A stretch of DNA of 64,000 bases from Ophelia neglecta (taxonomy: Eukaryota): assembly GCA_965285935.1 (NCBI GenBank), contig OZ260663.1:91202001-91266000 (forward strand). Direction: 5' to 3'. Made by a program: the position numbers and the translations under genes. The notes under the pieces were generated by a model, which saw nothing but the letters and a program-made list of their open reading frames with translations, did not search any database and was not told the DNA's origin. Within the stretch, counting starts at the first letter, position 1; the number at the start of each line of letters is the position of its first letter. Below, one piece after another: positions 1 through 12,880 of the stretch.

Positions 1-621
1 TCATGTGACTGATGTATTATAGGTGATTTTTTGTTAATGTTGGTTATATTGATTACTTACCTCTTGCTTTTTTATTGTTGCGACATGGCAATAAAACGTA
101 CTAACCTATCAGGTCAACAGCTTAATATGTCTTCTGGGGCTCTCTTGTTTCGCCTTAGTGCTGTATTTGAAATATAACGCGTTGTACGGAATATTCATGC
201 ATATCTAATAGTACACCCGCTCATCAAACAATGTGTTTCTTATAATGGCAGATACATAAAGGCGTATATGGAAATTAGCTATTATTATCTGTCCTTTACC
301 AGCTGATGTGGCTCCTAATGTAATTCCGTGCTCTGTATAGTCGATGGAGAAGGCATGCTTCGTGTTAATCAATGTTACAATGTATTGAAACAAAACGCGT
401 TTCTGCTCCTGTTTCACTTTACATTTACAACTTGCATATAACACAATCAAACTAATTTACGGGCACAGGCCGCCCTTTATACGAACTCGTCTGTTTTTCA
501 CGTTGATGCTCGTATATTTTTGATATCCTTTAGTGTAAAAAACCTTTTTTCGAAACAACTTGGGCGGGGGGGGGGGGGGGTGCCATTTTCTTTATTTGAA
601 ATAATCCAGTTTGGGGGCTGG

Positions 622-822
622 GGTGAACACATAGCTGATTCTTCTAAAGGTCGGTATGTAAGTAGCTGAGGATGATAATAAGAATTAGTATAAGAAAATG
701 ATAAGAGGTCAAAACAGTGGTTTAATACATAACACAAACCCTTGCAAATATGAAATAGGAAGAAACCTCCCCAATAAGCTATCCCCATACCGACTTTTAG
801 AAGAATTAACTATGTATTCACC
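622..822. mobile_element. Fold-back element with 37 bp inverted repeats (probable MITE remnant)
   Basis: 622-658 GGTGAACACATAGCTGATTCTTCTAAAGGTCGGTATG matches the reverse complement of 786-822 with 4 mismatches. Confidence 0.65.
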
Positions 823-1340
823 AGAGCTAAACTTGGAACATGGTTTTTCCAAAATAAACCTCATTATGAGCCACCCTAATGGACGGGCAAGTAAATTGCA
901 CTGTCTATAAAACTGTTCTTATTTTATGCCCGCCAAAATAAGCAAAGTGTCCACTAATGCACTTATTACATTATTCCAGTTTATTACTAAACATGCTATG
1001 TTAGCAATTCTCAATTTGCTCGGACGTATCCTAATGGCATTGCTCTCTTGAATGTTCGTATACGAGCGCTTACTTGCCAGTAGAAACATTCTGATATTAT
1101 AGATAGTGGTTAAGAATGCCACAGAGGATTATGTCGCTGACATTGTGATAGATGATATTGGAGAACGGTGGCGGCGTTGTTGGCTTGTTTTTTTAAGGTG
1201 CTTAATGGGGAAATTGTATTTATAGGGATTATTGTTTTTTTCTGAATATGTATTTGAGGATATCCGTTTAATCAATAATATCAAATAGTTGCAACAAGCT
1301 CTGTTCGATTACCGTAGATTTTATTGAGTGTACTTCGGTG

Positions 1341-1372
<32 letters not shown>

Positions 1373-1373
1373 G
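1341..1373. repeat. (GTCT)n microsatellite
   Basis: Directly visible. Confidence 0.95.
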
Positions 1374-1623
1374 CCTCTCTCTCTTTCATTCCATATCTCT
1401 CTTAGTTCCCAAGACAGTTTTACAAGCTGAATTCCACGATCATTCATGGCATTGTTTCATTCCTATATATTTCAGTATTATCTAGTCTTATTTGTTCAGC
1501 ACGATGGTACTTCGTCCGCAGTAGACCTACGTAATAAAAATGTAGTATATGAATATAAGTGAATTAAAGAATGAACAGAACTCGAAATTGCTAATCAAGC
1601 ATACAGCAATATATGCACAGCTT

Positions 1624-1875
1624 TTACCAATAGCACACCTTTTGGAATTGCGATGCATTGTTTTGCATTGCAATTAAAGTCTTACCACTTGTGGTCCTGT
1701 TATCATTCCGAAAAATAGCCCTCGCATTTCTGCCGTGCTCACAACAACTACTGCAGTGGCAGTGGCAGATATACATACAGGAACTGATCATGCTCTGTCG
1801 AAAATTCTTCGACATGAATGAGTAGATAATTGGGTTCATACAACTCTGGATAACTGGCAGAAGGTTAATCACTAG
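1624..1875 (-). CDS. GPCR-A exon 6 (TM7, helix 8, C-tail)
   Basis: TTTCAG|CTA; QSCMNPIIYSFMSKNFR (NPxxY); spliced CDS totals 1299 nt with no internal stop. Confidence 0.92.
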   Translation of the reverse strand, partial: LVINLLPVIQSCMNPIIYSFMSKNFRQSMISSCMYICHCHCSSCCEHGRNARAIFRNDNRTTSGKTLIAMQNNASQFQKVCYW

Positions 1876-2536
1876 CTGAAAAGACACGTATACTAGTTTT
1901 AGACCAATATACCATCAATAGAAGAAGAAAGAGACGTTGATGGCACCATGTTCGTGTATTACATTAATTGTTCCAGATATACGTAAGCGAGCTCTCCAAA
2001 TATAGCTAAATTGCTCTAAAATAAAATGATCAGATTGGGGCCTATGCGGTTTCTGATAATCTTTGACCGATTTGATGGATGTTGTGTGATAAATGATTTT
2101 AGTTCGCCGTTATTTAAGAACTGCGTAGGACTCGATACACACTAATATAACTAATATCTATAATCTAATATTTAAAAAAAAATACCTATTATCGCAGTTT
2201 GCTCAGCATGAAAAATAAAACACGAAGAAGCAGTGAAATGATTGACGATATCGACGCGCTATAAGATAATAAAGAATCGGGTAATATGCAGTAACAGGTT
2301 TGACGATATAGACGTGGCTTTTACTGAATGAACAACCATAATAAAAAATCCGATGGTCAAAAAAATCATTAAACAATAAAGTTCCATTGAATCAGTCAAA
2401 AGCATATAGAACCTGCATCCACAGGACAACACACACACACCAATCTATGAATCGCCAGGTCACACAGGGTAGGAAACGTATAAGGCAAAAAAATAAAGTT
2501 AAATTAATTTTTTTATTTTCTTAAGAGGATACTCAC

Positions 2537-2662
2537 TTTTATCCAAAAAGCGCTCTTCGTGTGCAGGAAAGGTGGCTCGTACTTTTTCATCACATTGAGA
2601 ACATATTTCGGTCCCCAACAAACGAAAAACACAGCAATGATGGTCAGAAGCATTTGAATCAC
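2537..2662 (-). CDS. GPCR-A exon 5 (TM6, ECL3)
   Basis: TTTTAG|GTG; VIQMLLTIIAVFFVCWGPK...AFWIK|GTGAGT; 126 bp, same as paralog. Confidence 0.93.
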
Positions 2663-3076
2663 CTAAAATGAATAGTACAAATTTCTGTAATTATTATTAT
2701 ATCGGGGTAGTTGAATAACTCGTTGGAGAGGGGTAAGGAGAAGAGGTGGATTAAGGGTCAGAGATGGGGTCCAGATGGGGTGACTTGACCATCCTGGACC
2801 GGCTAATTGGGCTTTTTCTGTCATGTCTTGTAAACCTGGATAGCGCCGATTACCATGTCATTAAACTTAAATACGTGTTATCGAGCTGACTTGAGGCTAG
2901 CAAGCATAGGTCAATGTTATTGGTTTTATATCATTTATTATATTCATGTTATGACGAATCAAGAATATTTTCAAAGTATTAAAGCCGCGTCAGTTCCTTT
3001 ATGTCTGTGATTCATAATTGTACGAGTACAATGCAAACCGAAACTACAGTCAATCATATGTGTTTTTTACAGTTAC

Positions 3077-3203
3077 CCGTTTGCGTGCTTCTTTAACTGC
3101 CGCATGCGCAGTTCGGTCGCTGCCTGTCGGACTACTAGACCTTTTAGCAGTGCCTGGCACAGTCAACCGATGCTCATATTCCTCAGAATGAGCCTCAGCG
3201 CAA
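3077..3203 (-). CDS. GPCR-A exon 4 (ICL3)
   Basis: CCTAG|T TGC...EHRLTVP...AAVKEARKR|GTAACT; matches paralog HKLTVP...AVVREARKQ; a second in-frame acceptor would start the exon at 3245. Confidence 0.8.
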
Positions 3204-3466
3204 CTAGGACAGAGTTTATAATGAATATAGCAGAAAAGAGTATCTCTGGCAATAGCATAACTATTCTACATATATGCATATGACAGAAGCGAATTAATAT
3301 CTGACAAGAGATAAAACTAGCGAGTTGTACATGATAACTAAATGCTTTACTTGTACAATTTATAATAATAACCCGTGTTTTCACTGTCTGGTTCAAGCAC
3401 TGTATGGTTTCCTGAAGAGAATACATATTGTAAACTTTTTTGTTGACTTTTGTTTGTTGATTTTAC

Positions 3467-3690
3467 CTTTGAGGTTGAGTCATTTGAGCCAACTGTTTGG
3501 TGCTTGTCCAGAGTACTTGGATGACAAATGAGTAGCAAAGGATGATTATAAGCACAGGTGCCATAAACATTATAACGAGTTGATACCAGGCAAAAAGGAT
3601 ACGATCAGCGTTGGACCTGAAGTAACTGTCAGTGCAGAAGTCCGTAATGATGTAATCAGAAGCGTCATAGAGCAATGTAGTTATTGTATC
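3467..3690 (-). CDS. GPCR-A exon 3 (ECL2, TM5)
   Basis: TTTTTAG|GAT; DTITT...FC...WYQLVIMFMAPVLIIILCY; donor AG|GTAAAA; 224 bp, same as paralog. Confidence 0.93.
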
Positions 3691-4018
3691 CTAAAAACAA
3701 GGATAACTTTTAATAAATGATTTGGTGCTAACACGAATATGGTGGTTGTGGTTATGATATGATAATTGTAAATATTGTAATAACAACATATAAGAACAAT
3801 ATCCGGACAGAGGAATATCGTTTTATCTTTAAAACACGTAAGAATTCAACTGAAACCCCTTGACGCTGGTTGTGGCCAGGCCTGAATTGAAATGTAATGC
3901 GTGCAAGTCCAAAAGCCAGTATTGAACCACATTTCATTTCCAAAATAGAAACCATCTCTTCGAAAACGTATCGTTCATGTTGATAGCCGCTAATTAGACA
4001 AATATTTAAAGATCTTAC

Positions 4019-4142
4019 CATTACTACCAGTGATGGGGAGGCAAGAACGAGGGCCGCAATCCAGACACATAATGTGTACTTAATTGCTTTGCCAATCGTA
4101 CAGTAGGACCGGGCTTTCATTGGGTGAACAATGACAACGTAT
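4019..4142 (-). CDS. GPCR-A exon 2 (ICL2, TM4)
   Basis: TTTCAG|A TAC completes ERY; YVVIVHPMKARSYCT...VWIAALVLASP; donor ATG|GTAAGA; 124 bp, same as paralog exon 2. Confidence 0.93.
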
Positions 4143-7100
4143 CTGAAAGAAATATTAATCAAATAATGACTGCTAAAGGAGAGTCAGTTGGGCAGCGTTA
4201 TTACTATTTATAAAATTGCTACTATCTTTCTTTGAACATTGTTTTATCAACATTACCCATAAGCATGGCAATGACAAATGCTTTCGAATGTTTTTGATTT
4301 CCAGCCATGGTCCTAAGGGACTCTTCCTAAGAATATTCTGACTGATTAGGATTAAACATGGATACTCTAAGACAAATATACATCACCTTTGGAAGTGCAT
4401 CAGTTATTACTTGTACAGTGAAAGGAATTTTGTTAAATGTGTCGTCTGAAAGCAAGTACCGCAGTCTATATTCATCTCCACATACATTGGCGAAATGTTG
4501 AAACAAAGTCGACTAGTACACCGAACAAGGATATATTTGATGTTTTTGCCACTGAAAACGAGGTAGCCCTTCTTCGGAGGTAGCGTTAATTTTCTTCTGT
4601 AATTGTAAATATGCTAAACGCAAATCAAATTGAAACTAACAGCATGTCTTTTAATGCTAATGCTGCATGTCAGTGGATTTTCCGATTACTTTATCTAATG
4701 ACTCAATGTACGTACATGTATACGACATAACCTCATACTCTGTATAGGCTCTCTTGACCTTGGCGAATTTTGGAAGTAGTTAAATGGTAACCATTGCGTT
4801 ATCCACCAACAATGAAACTCGCTTTCGTCTCTTCAACAATACCAATAAAAACAGTGCGATTGGGTATTCAGAAGGCTATACAAATTTATTAATTAGCAAA
4901 ACTTTACGAAATCTCGGGAAATCGCAAGAGGACCATTCGTTGATATTTGGAAATAGGTTCACATGCTGGAAATGAAACTTAAACCATCTGGAAGTTTTCC
5001 TTATACTGTTGCCCTAGTGACTTATTCTATAAGAATAAATCTGACTACCGATTATTATACATGTCCTTTGTTTCAATGTTACGTCTGCAGTTCAGTAAAA
5101 CGCAGAATGGTAATTCCTAATAGCCGAAATTGCACAAAAAAGAGATGGAATCATTTGATGACTGTTCTTATCCATTAGGGCAATAAAAGGCGACAATGCA
5201 TTAGTAGGAAATGTTTTATTTCTTTTTTTCTACGCAAAATCAATGAATTAAAAAGGACCTGCCCTGGTAAAGAGTGCGAGCCTTTAGTACTCCATCTCGA
5301 AATGTGCTGCAGCTACATGTTACCAAGATACTCATGATAATATAAAATCTTCGTTGGAAAACGAATAAATAGATCATCTCTCTGAGAAATTTACGTTGAC
5401 GGGTGAAGTTCATTCAAAACATTGGGGATAAAAATGTTGGTCCACACTTCCGAATACATTCCATCATAGCTAACATTTGATTTCGTGGAGGGTTGAGGAT
5501 GGGTTGTGGGTCGGCTGGCCGTTCGTTTAATGGAGCATTTAGGCATTTCAGTTTAGTGGTTTGACCTTGGCTGTTCTATTTTTTTACTTGATCTTTATAT
5601 GGTGTTGAAAGAGCTAAATTGACTAGCCGAGGCGACATTTAAAACATACTTGGCTGATTTTAAGGGAAAATCTTGACATGATGTGCGCCGTATGCAGGCA
5701 AAGAGCGACTAGGTAGGACGAGTCAAGCCCCCTGAGCTGGTCGCCAAGATGCGCCAAGAAGTTGATAAGTAAACAACCACGGTCGTTTCTCAACAGAAAA
5801 ACTACTACCAGTATTCTAAAATGTTCATGTAACGTCTTCTAGTTCATCATGAACCAACAACCCGAGAACAGCATGACATTTTTGTACTTTGGTGAATATA
5901 AATAAATTTCAATAGAAATAGTATCCTATCACTAAGGCTAGTATAAGGCAGTTTGCTTAATAAAATATTGTGTGAATTCACATAGCGTTTACACACATTG
6001 AGATTAAAAAATGTATTTGTAAGGATAGTAATCCGTAGTTATTAAATATTAGTTATTTCCAGCGCAGGCGTCTATATTCTTGACTGTAGCATAAGAACAT
6101 TGGATTTGTATCAAATAAAAAAAAATGTCATCATGCAATTAACAACACAATAGATGCCATACTTTATACAAAACTAATTCCTAGTCCTGCAGGCTATGGA
6201 ATGAATCATTAGACTGTTTTCGGCATCCGCAAATAAAACCATCGCTAAAAGGGGCGCTTTTTAAAATCATAAGTGTAAGAGCACGTTAGTTAGATGTGTG
6301 GAAAGAAATTCTTGTAAAGTCCTTGCAAATAAGCTAGGAGCATAATGGCTGCCATCTTAAGAAATAAGAGGCTACGTGAAATGACTCCCTTTTCTGAGAT
6401 ATAGTAAAAGACACGATTGGAATGGGGCCTCAGAAACAATCATGCTTTATCTCAACAGCCAACACAGCTTTGTTTAGTTATTGGGGAAAAAATCCAAACA
6501 ATTGCCGATTCTTGATGATTGTCCTTATTGCTTGCTACAAAATAAACATAAAGCATATTTTTAGAGTAAGGAATATACAAACACCTTATGACATAATATT
6601 TTGCCTTTCTCTCATTGCACAGTGTGATCAATATTTCGTATTATATTAAGCACGTGGATGTGTAATAAACAGTTCGAGCTTGTTTGCCTTAATGTACAGA
6701 AATGTGTATACGACAACATGCTAAGTCCACTTGCGGGGTTAAAGCAATAATTTCACAGGATACACTGTAGATACAAGATCAAAAATAAAAAGAACAAAAG
6801 GTATATGATTGGGACAAAGCAGAGGTAAAGATAATTTATTTCTATTATGCGTTTGCAGCACGGCCGACAAGACCATGTACATTTCATAAGGCGTGTGTTA
6901 AGTGTCTATCCACAATTAATAAAACCCGTAACTAATTAATAACATTAGCACCATGCACAATATTGCTGATTTTTATGCAAACATTTTCTGAATAAGCATG
7001 TATGTTAGGGCATCGTGTTAATAGTCTCGTTTGAGTCATGGTTTTCTCCGACGTTGATATATTACTGTGGGCCCAACTAGTCCCAATCCATGAATTAAAT

Positions 7101-9014
7101 GTTTAAAATATCTATATCACTGTTCTGATGCCATAGATAACAGGCGAGTCGGTGAGGCAAATACTATGTATGAATTATAGCAAAGATTTAATTATCAATT
7201 TGTGTATTATAGCTGGATAAAAAGCAGTCAGGTTTGAACGTATAATACCTTTTGAATAAACGATTCTATTTCATCTAATTGGTTCAAATAAAACAGGCAT
7301 TGAAGGCACTGTTGCTTGATAGATAGTGCAGTTCTATACCATATTTAAAAAAAATGAATTGGGAGACTAACAAAGAGTTCGGGCAGTCCGGTGACCACGC
7401 TCTGGAGGCAAACATAGACTTGTACATCCAACATAGCGCCCACTTGAATAGGCGGCCTACCGAACTTTCGGCTTAATCAAAGCAAATGCGTGTCTCCCCG
7501 GGATGTCTCCTATGAAACAATTGTAACTTCTGCTATCATCTCAGCTGTGAACGTGATGAAATAATATGATATATTTCGAGCCTCATAACTAGGTGCAATA
7601 CTTATAACTTGATACTGGCAAGTTAGTTACTAGCCAGCACTTTCACGCTTTCAACATAGTTTATAACCGTTCAGCGGTGTCCAGGGCCATCTTTGGTAAG
7701 CTCGATGTATCTTTCACATGTAAAGTGGCAGAAACCCTCCCGTATCGATGTGCCTGGAAAGGGGGTATCTTTTGATTTAAAATCTTTTTATGTAGTGTGC
7801 ATTTATCAATCGCTCAGCGGCTCTATATTTTAACATATTTCTCAGTGTCACATTAAATCCCGATAACGTAGGCCACATAAATTGACCTACTCAATTTGAC
7901 AAGTCGGTAGTGCAAATTTGCATATTGTGCTTGCCTCGTTTTAGCAGTTCCTACGTTGTCTTTATAGAAACATTGCCCCAAAATAATGAATTACCTATGG
8001 CTAAATGAAACATAAAATAATTAACACTGTTTATGAGTTTGTCTACAGACCAGAGACATTTCCTTCTAGATGTATTTGCATTAGCCCATTACAAACGGGC
8101 CAACACCGCTTCCCATATTGGTAAACTCTGGTACCATCAGCGCCGCGTTCGGACAGCCATCAGCGCCGACAAGGGCCTTAAAAGTACTAAATTAGATACT
8201 TAGAATGAGTGAGAGCTGCCCACCAGGTTAATGTGGGCCCAAGGATTTAAAACAGCACAAAACCAAGCCGGATATTCTATCACCGAACCTTGCCGCTTTT
8301 TATTTCTTGGGTGGGCTGGTGAAGGCATCTTTCAGTTGACGGCTGTAAACCTGCCCCCCCCCCCCCCCACACACACACACACACTTACCCCCTTCCCCGT
8401 TAAAACGGCCCAGGCCAAAAGATGGCATTCTGCCACCATAATTTGATATTATAACCTCTTGGGTCGCCTTCGGATATCAATATTCGTAACTAGCTTTGTT
8501 GTTCAACCGACAAATGCCTTGGGGACTTTTGATAAAACCTGTAGTTTGCTGCCCTGTCGTTCAGTCAACAAATGCGTCTAGATTCTTCAATTTTCACTGA
8601 TATCTTAATAGTAGGAAGTTGATTTCATGCCGGAAATCCAACCAAACTTTTTGCCTTCACCAAAACCTATTCTTCATTCATAGCAACACCATTTAGATGA
8701 TTACGAGTCTGTTGATAATTTTTAGACAGAATACGGTAATTGAGCTAATTTTCCTGTTCTAACAGGTATTTATACCTTAAAATGTTGCATTTTGTGAAAA
8801 AAATCTTGTCGCCGTTTTTATCACACTGTGAACTCACCATGAATAATTAGCATATGATAAGCTAAGCATAGACTCTTCTTTCTTCATGGGATTTCATTGT
8901 ATTATCAAAGGATACTTGCATACGTGTTTTTATAATCGCAATGTTCCACATGGTAAATTCACGGTAATTTCTTTACTAAATAAACTTTCAAAAATTAAAT
9001 TCTTTGGTACTTAC

Positions 9015-9460
9015 CTTTCAACGCTCACAGCAGTTAGGTTCAGCACTGAAGCGGCTGCTGACAGCATTTCTACAAATCGCGAGACCTTGCATAATACTCG
9101 ACTTCCGGCCCAATAATTCAAAAGTGTGTCTGCTGTATCATAAGGAACGCAGACGAGGAGAAAAAGGAGATCTGCCACAGCGAGGCTGACAAGGAATGAA
9201 GACGTAACATTTCTACCTTTGCGGTCACCGAGTAAGGCAAAGACAACTAGTCCATTACCAATAACCCCAAGCAAGAAGGTAAGTCCATAGGTGATGGCTG
9301 TAGGAATAAAGGTGATGTCCTCTGACCAGCTGCGAGTCACCTTAGATATATCTGGTATGAAGTCCACATAGTCAAACTCCTTTCCCTCGACCGGCGGGGT
9401 GACATTTCCTAAGGCAACAACCGTGGTGAAAGTCCCGGATATGTTAGAGATAAGAGACAT
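9015..9460 (-). CDS. GPCR-A exon 1 (N-terminus, TM1-TM3) of a rhodopsin-like peptide-type GPCR
   Basis: GNGLVV (TM1), SLAVADLL (TM2), CK...SVE-R (TM3); donor GAAAG|GTAAGT splits the R of ERY (phase 2). Confidence 0.95.
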
Positions 9461-12287
9461 TACTACATTGCCTCTTTTAAGAAATTAAAAGGACAACTGC
9501 TTTTCACTGGATATTTGTATATTTGAACATCGACTCCAACAATTTCGCACTTTAACCAAGCAATATGCCGCTGTGAAGAGAAACATTGCCATTTGATGAT
9601 GGATTGTTGGATTCTAATATTGATTAAAAAGTGTCCCCTGCTAAGCTCTTGACGACACGGTATCTTGACTATGTTGAATGAGTGGCTGCTGAATTCCCAG
9701 GTGACCACTCTCTGAGTATAAGTCGTTCTTCATCTGGCAGGGACACACTGGTTCTGGTGGACCGGACAGTTTTATCTCCTAATCATTAATGCACAGTGAA
9801 CAGCCAGCGTCCTACATGCCCTTTAAGTTACAACGTAGGGATATACCATAACGATTGCTGCCAAAGGTTCCCATCAGAGGTTTTTGTCTTCCCTGATGCT
9901 GTTTCTGTTATAATCAGCCTCATAAGGGCCTAACAGTGCATGTATAGAATAACGCCTCGCACTAGCTCACAACAAAGGGTGACGACAAATGGTGGATAAG
10001 CCTCATTTCAGTAGAAAATTGCACCGTGGCTATGAATCAATCGAAGCACAAAGCGTGTTTCGCCATTGCGAGTAGGTTATATGCGACATCGTGCTAATCG
10101 ACGCCTGGCTTATAACTGTTCTTGGCAAACAATCGTATTCAAGTTTTTTCCCAGATGTACCAGGACTTCATCATGAAATTATGTTCCACGGGTTCTTGTT
10201 TGTGGCTAGCGGTACAGTTATATCAACGCCCTTTTTCATAAGTTCATCACTATACAATTGATTAAGGGATTGTTTGCTCGGACAAAAGAGTCTTAGAATA
10301 TTAATCTCTAGCGCAATATTTAGTAAATATGCAATCTCAGCAGTGATATTCATATGTTAGTGAATAGTAGGAGCATTGTCAAATACATCTAAAAACAATT
10401 AAAGCAATTTTCATACGAACAAATCTCTCGGAGTTTTCTTTAATTGTGATCCATCGTTGCTGGCCCTAAGACTGTGTTGTGGTAGTAGCACGGTTTCGAT
10501 GAACCTTGGTAAGATAAAAACACAATTATTTCCATTGGCAAATATCAAACACTCCTTACTTGCAGATAAGTCAGTGTTTGTCATTAAGCATGATAAAATA
10601 AATCTGCCTTAGGTCAAATTTGTAATGTAGACAGACTGCTTGGCCAATTCGAAGTAACAGCTCTAATCTTCATATGCATTATAGCTGTTTATCATATTAC
10701 TCATCATATCCAATTAACATGCATTATCTAGCGAATAATTAAACGAGCATAATTTTAAATGAAACTTTTTGCATACATTGATATTATACTAATACGTATG
10801 TTTACATATGCAAGAAAAGAGGACCGAAGGCAGCGATGATAAATAGTAACATAATGTGGATCTATAAAGTACGAACTGCCTATTCACCCCTAGGGCTTAG
10901 ACAATTATAACCATATTTCCGAGAAGCATTTTTATTATCCAGTGGTTCAAACATTTTTATTCGCTAGAGAATACCGCTCAAGCTGAGATTCTTCTGGTTC
11001 ATAACCGACCGATTTTGTGAAAGTAAAGCAACGTTTGCTGAGTCTAGCAGTATCAGAAGCAGAATGAATTCAAGACAAGCCGAATACGTCGTGCCCGTGC
11101 CCGCTTTGGCTAAAAGTTTGAAATACAGGAATCAGAACTGTCGTCCTATGCAATGCTAAAGGATAACGACGCATCCTAGATATAGAGAGACTGATATAAA
11201 TATCTATAAGTGAGAAGCTAGATTGCGTATTCATTTGACTTATTTAACTGTTCTTTGTTAATTACTGATGTTTTACTGCCGGGTATCCCGTCTGGCTTTT
11301 TTAACCTGCAAAGCCAATGCAGGCCAAAGTTAAGGCCAATCCAGTTGTTCTGTAGAATGGGCAATTACTGGTGAATCCAGGCTGCATCAATTTCGGATGC
11401 CGTTGTCGCATTCACTGCTGTTTAGCAAATGTCTCTGATATGGCTGGGTATGGAGGCGAAACAGTTTGGCAAGCTTCGGTCTGGGCACGGGTCATTTTCC
11501 TACTGTGTGCCCTTCTGACCAATGCTATCCTCGCCCTGATTAAATCCCGCCTCCTGAAATTTGAGGGAGCAGACCAAAATAGTTCACATTCAAAGTCCTA
11601 AAGTAAGATAATATATAATGGGGAAATAAAAAAATACACCAATGGTCTTTTATTATAGAACTAAATATGTACAGCAAATTGAAATACACTATTTACATGC
11701 AGACAGCAAAAGTATATCATAATTGAACAATAAATAGCTATATTGTCGAATTCATGTGTATATAGCTCTCCGAAATGGGAGGAATAAAGGAATCAAATCA
11801 TATCAAGTGTAAACAAAATTAACTGAATGGGTCTTCTTTGGCGTGCTGTTCCATACATAACTAGGGTGCTATGACCGATATATATGCTTAAGGAAACAAT
11901 ACAGTGGTCTTGTGAAACAAAGTGGAAAGAACTGGTTGAAGGGGCATACTATCTACATTCATTTGGATATCTGCTCACTAATCAAAGCATAACTTACATT
12001 TCGTAGAAAAACAACATTGTAAAATGTTAGCTACCATTTACACATGCCGTCCCGCAGAAGGCAGACGAATATATCTTAAAATATGCATTACTATATAAAA
12101 GAATATGTATTTTGCACCATTTGCCTTTAGCCTGTTATTGTCTTCATACTGGGATTACCAATGCCCACATTAAGCATTTTTTTTATCATATGAGGTTGTC
12201 TGAAAACAAGATTGCAGTTTCACGGTGACTGAATTCTTTTGATGTAGCACCATGCACCACTTTGAAATATAAATTGTTTAATCCAAT

Positions 12288-12880
12288 CCATAGTGACCAA
12301 TTCACTTAACTCTAACAATTATAGTGACAAAGACACTTACCTCTATCATCTATAGTGACAAAGACACTTACCTCTATTATCTATAGTGACACATACTCTT
12401 AACTCTAACATCTATAGTGACAAAGACACTTAACTCTAACATATATAGTGACAAATTCACTTAACAAATTCACTTAACAAATACATTTTCATCTGTAGTG
12501 ACAAATACACTTAGCTCTATCCTCCATAGTGACACATACACTTAACTTGAACATCTATAGTGTCAGATACACTTGGCGCTATCCTCCATAGTGACCAATT
12601 CACTTAACTCTAACAATTATAGTGACAAAGACACTTACCTCTATCATCTATAGTGACAAAGACACTTACCTCTATTATCTATAGTGACACATACTCTTAA
12701 CTCTAACATCTATAGTGACAAAGACACTTAACTCTAACATATATAGTGACAAATTCACTTAACAAATTCACTTAACAAATACATTTTCATCTGTAGTGAC
12801 AAATACACTTAATTCTAACATCTATGTGGCAATTACTCTTAACTCTAACAACTATGCGGCAAAATCAGTTAACTCCAACA
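12288..12880. repeat. ~30 bp minisatellite (ATAGTGACAAAGACACTTACCTCTATCATCT) with a ~298 bp higher-order duplication
   Basis: Directly visible; the block starting TAGTGACCAATTCAC recurs at 12291 and 12589. Confidence 0.95.

Noticed and set aside
3752-4018. ORF-track extension of GPCR-A exon 2
   Set aside because: Read-through into the intron past the GTAAGA donor; the paralog confirms the boundary
8886-9189. Plus-strand ORFs overlapping GPCR-A exon 1
   Set aside because: Antisense shadow ORFs with no independent support
12288-12880. CRISPR-like appearance of the ~30 bp repeats
   Set aside because: Units are contiguous with no unique spacers, there are no cas genes and the context is eukaryotic; this is a minisatellite
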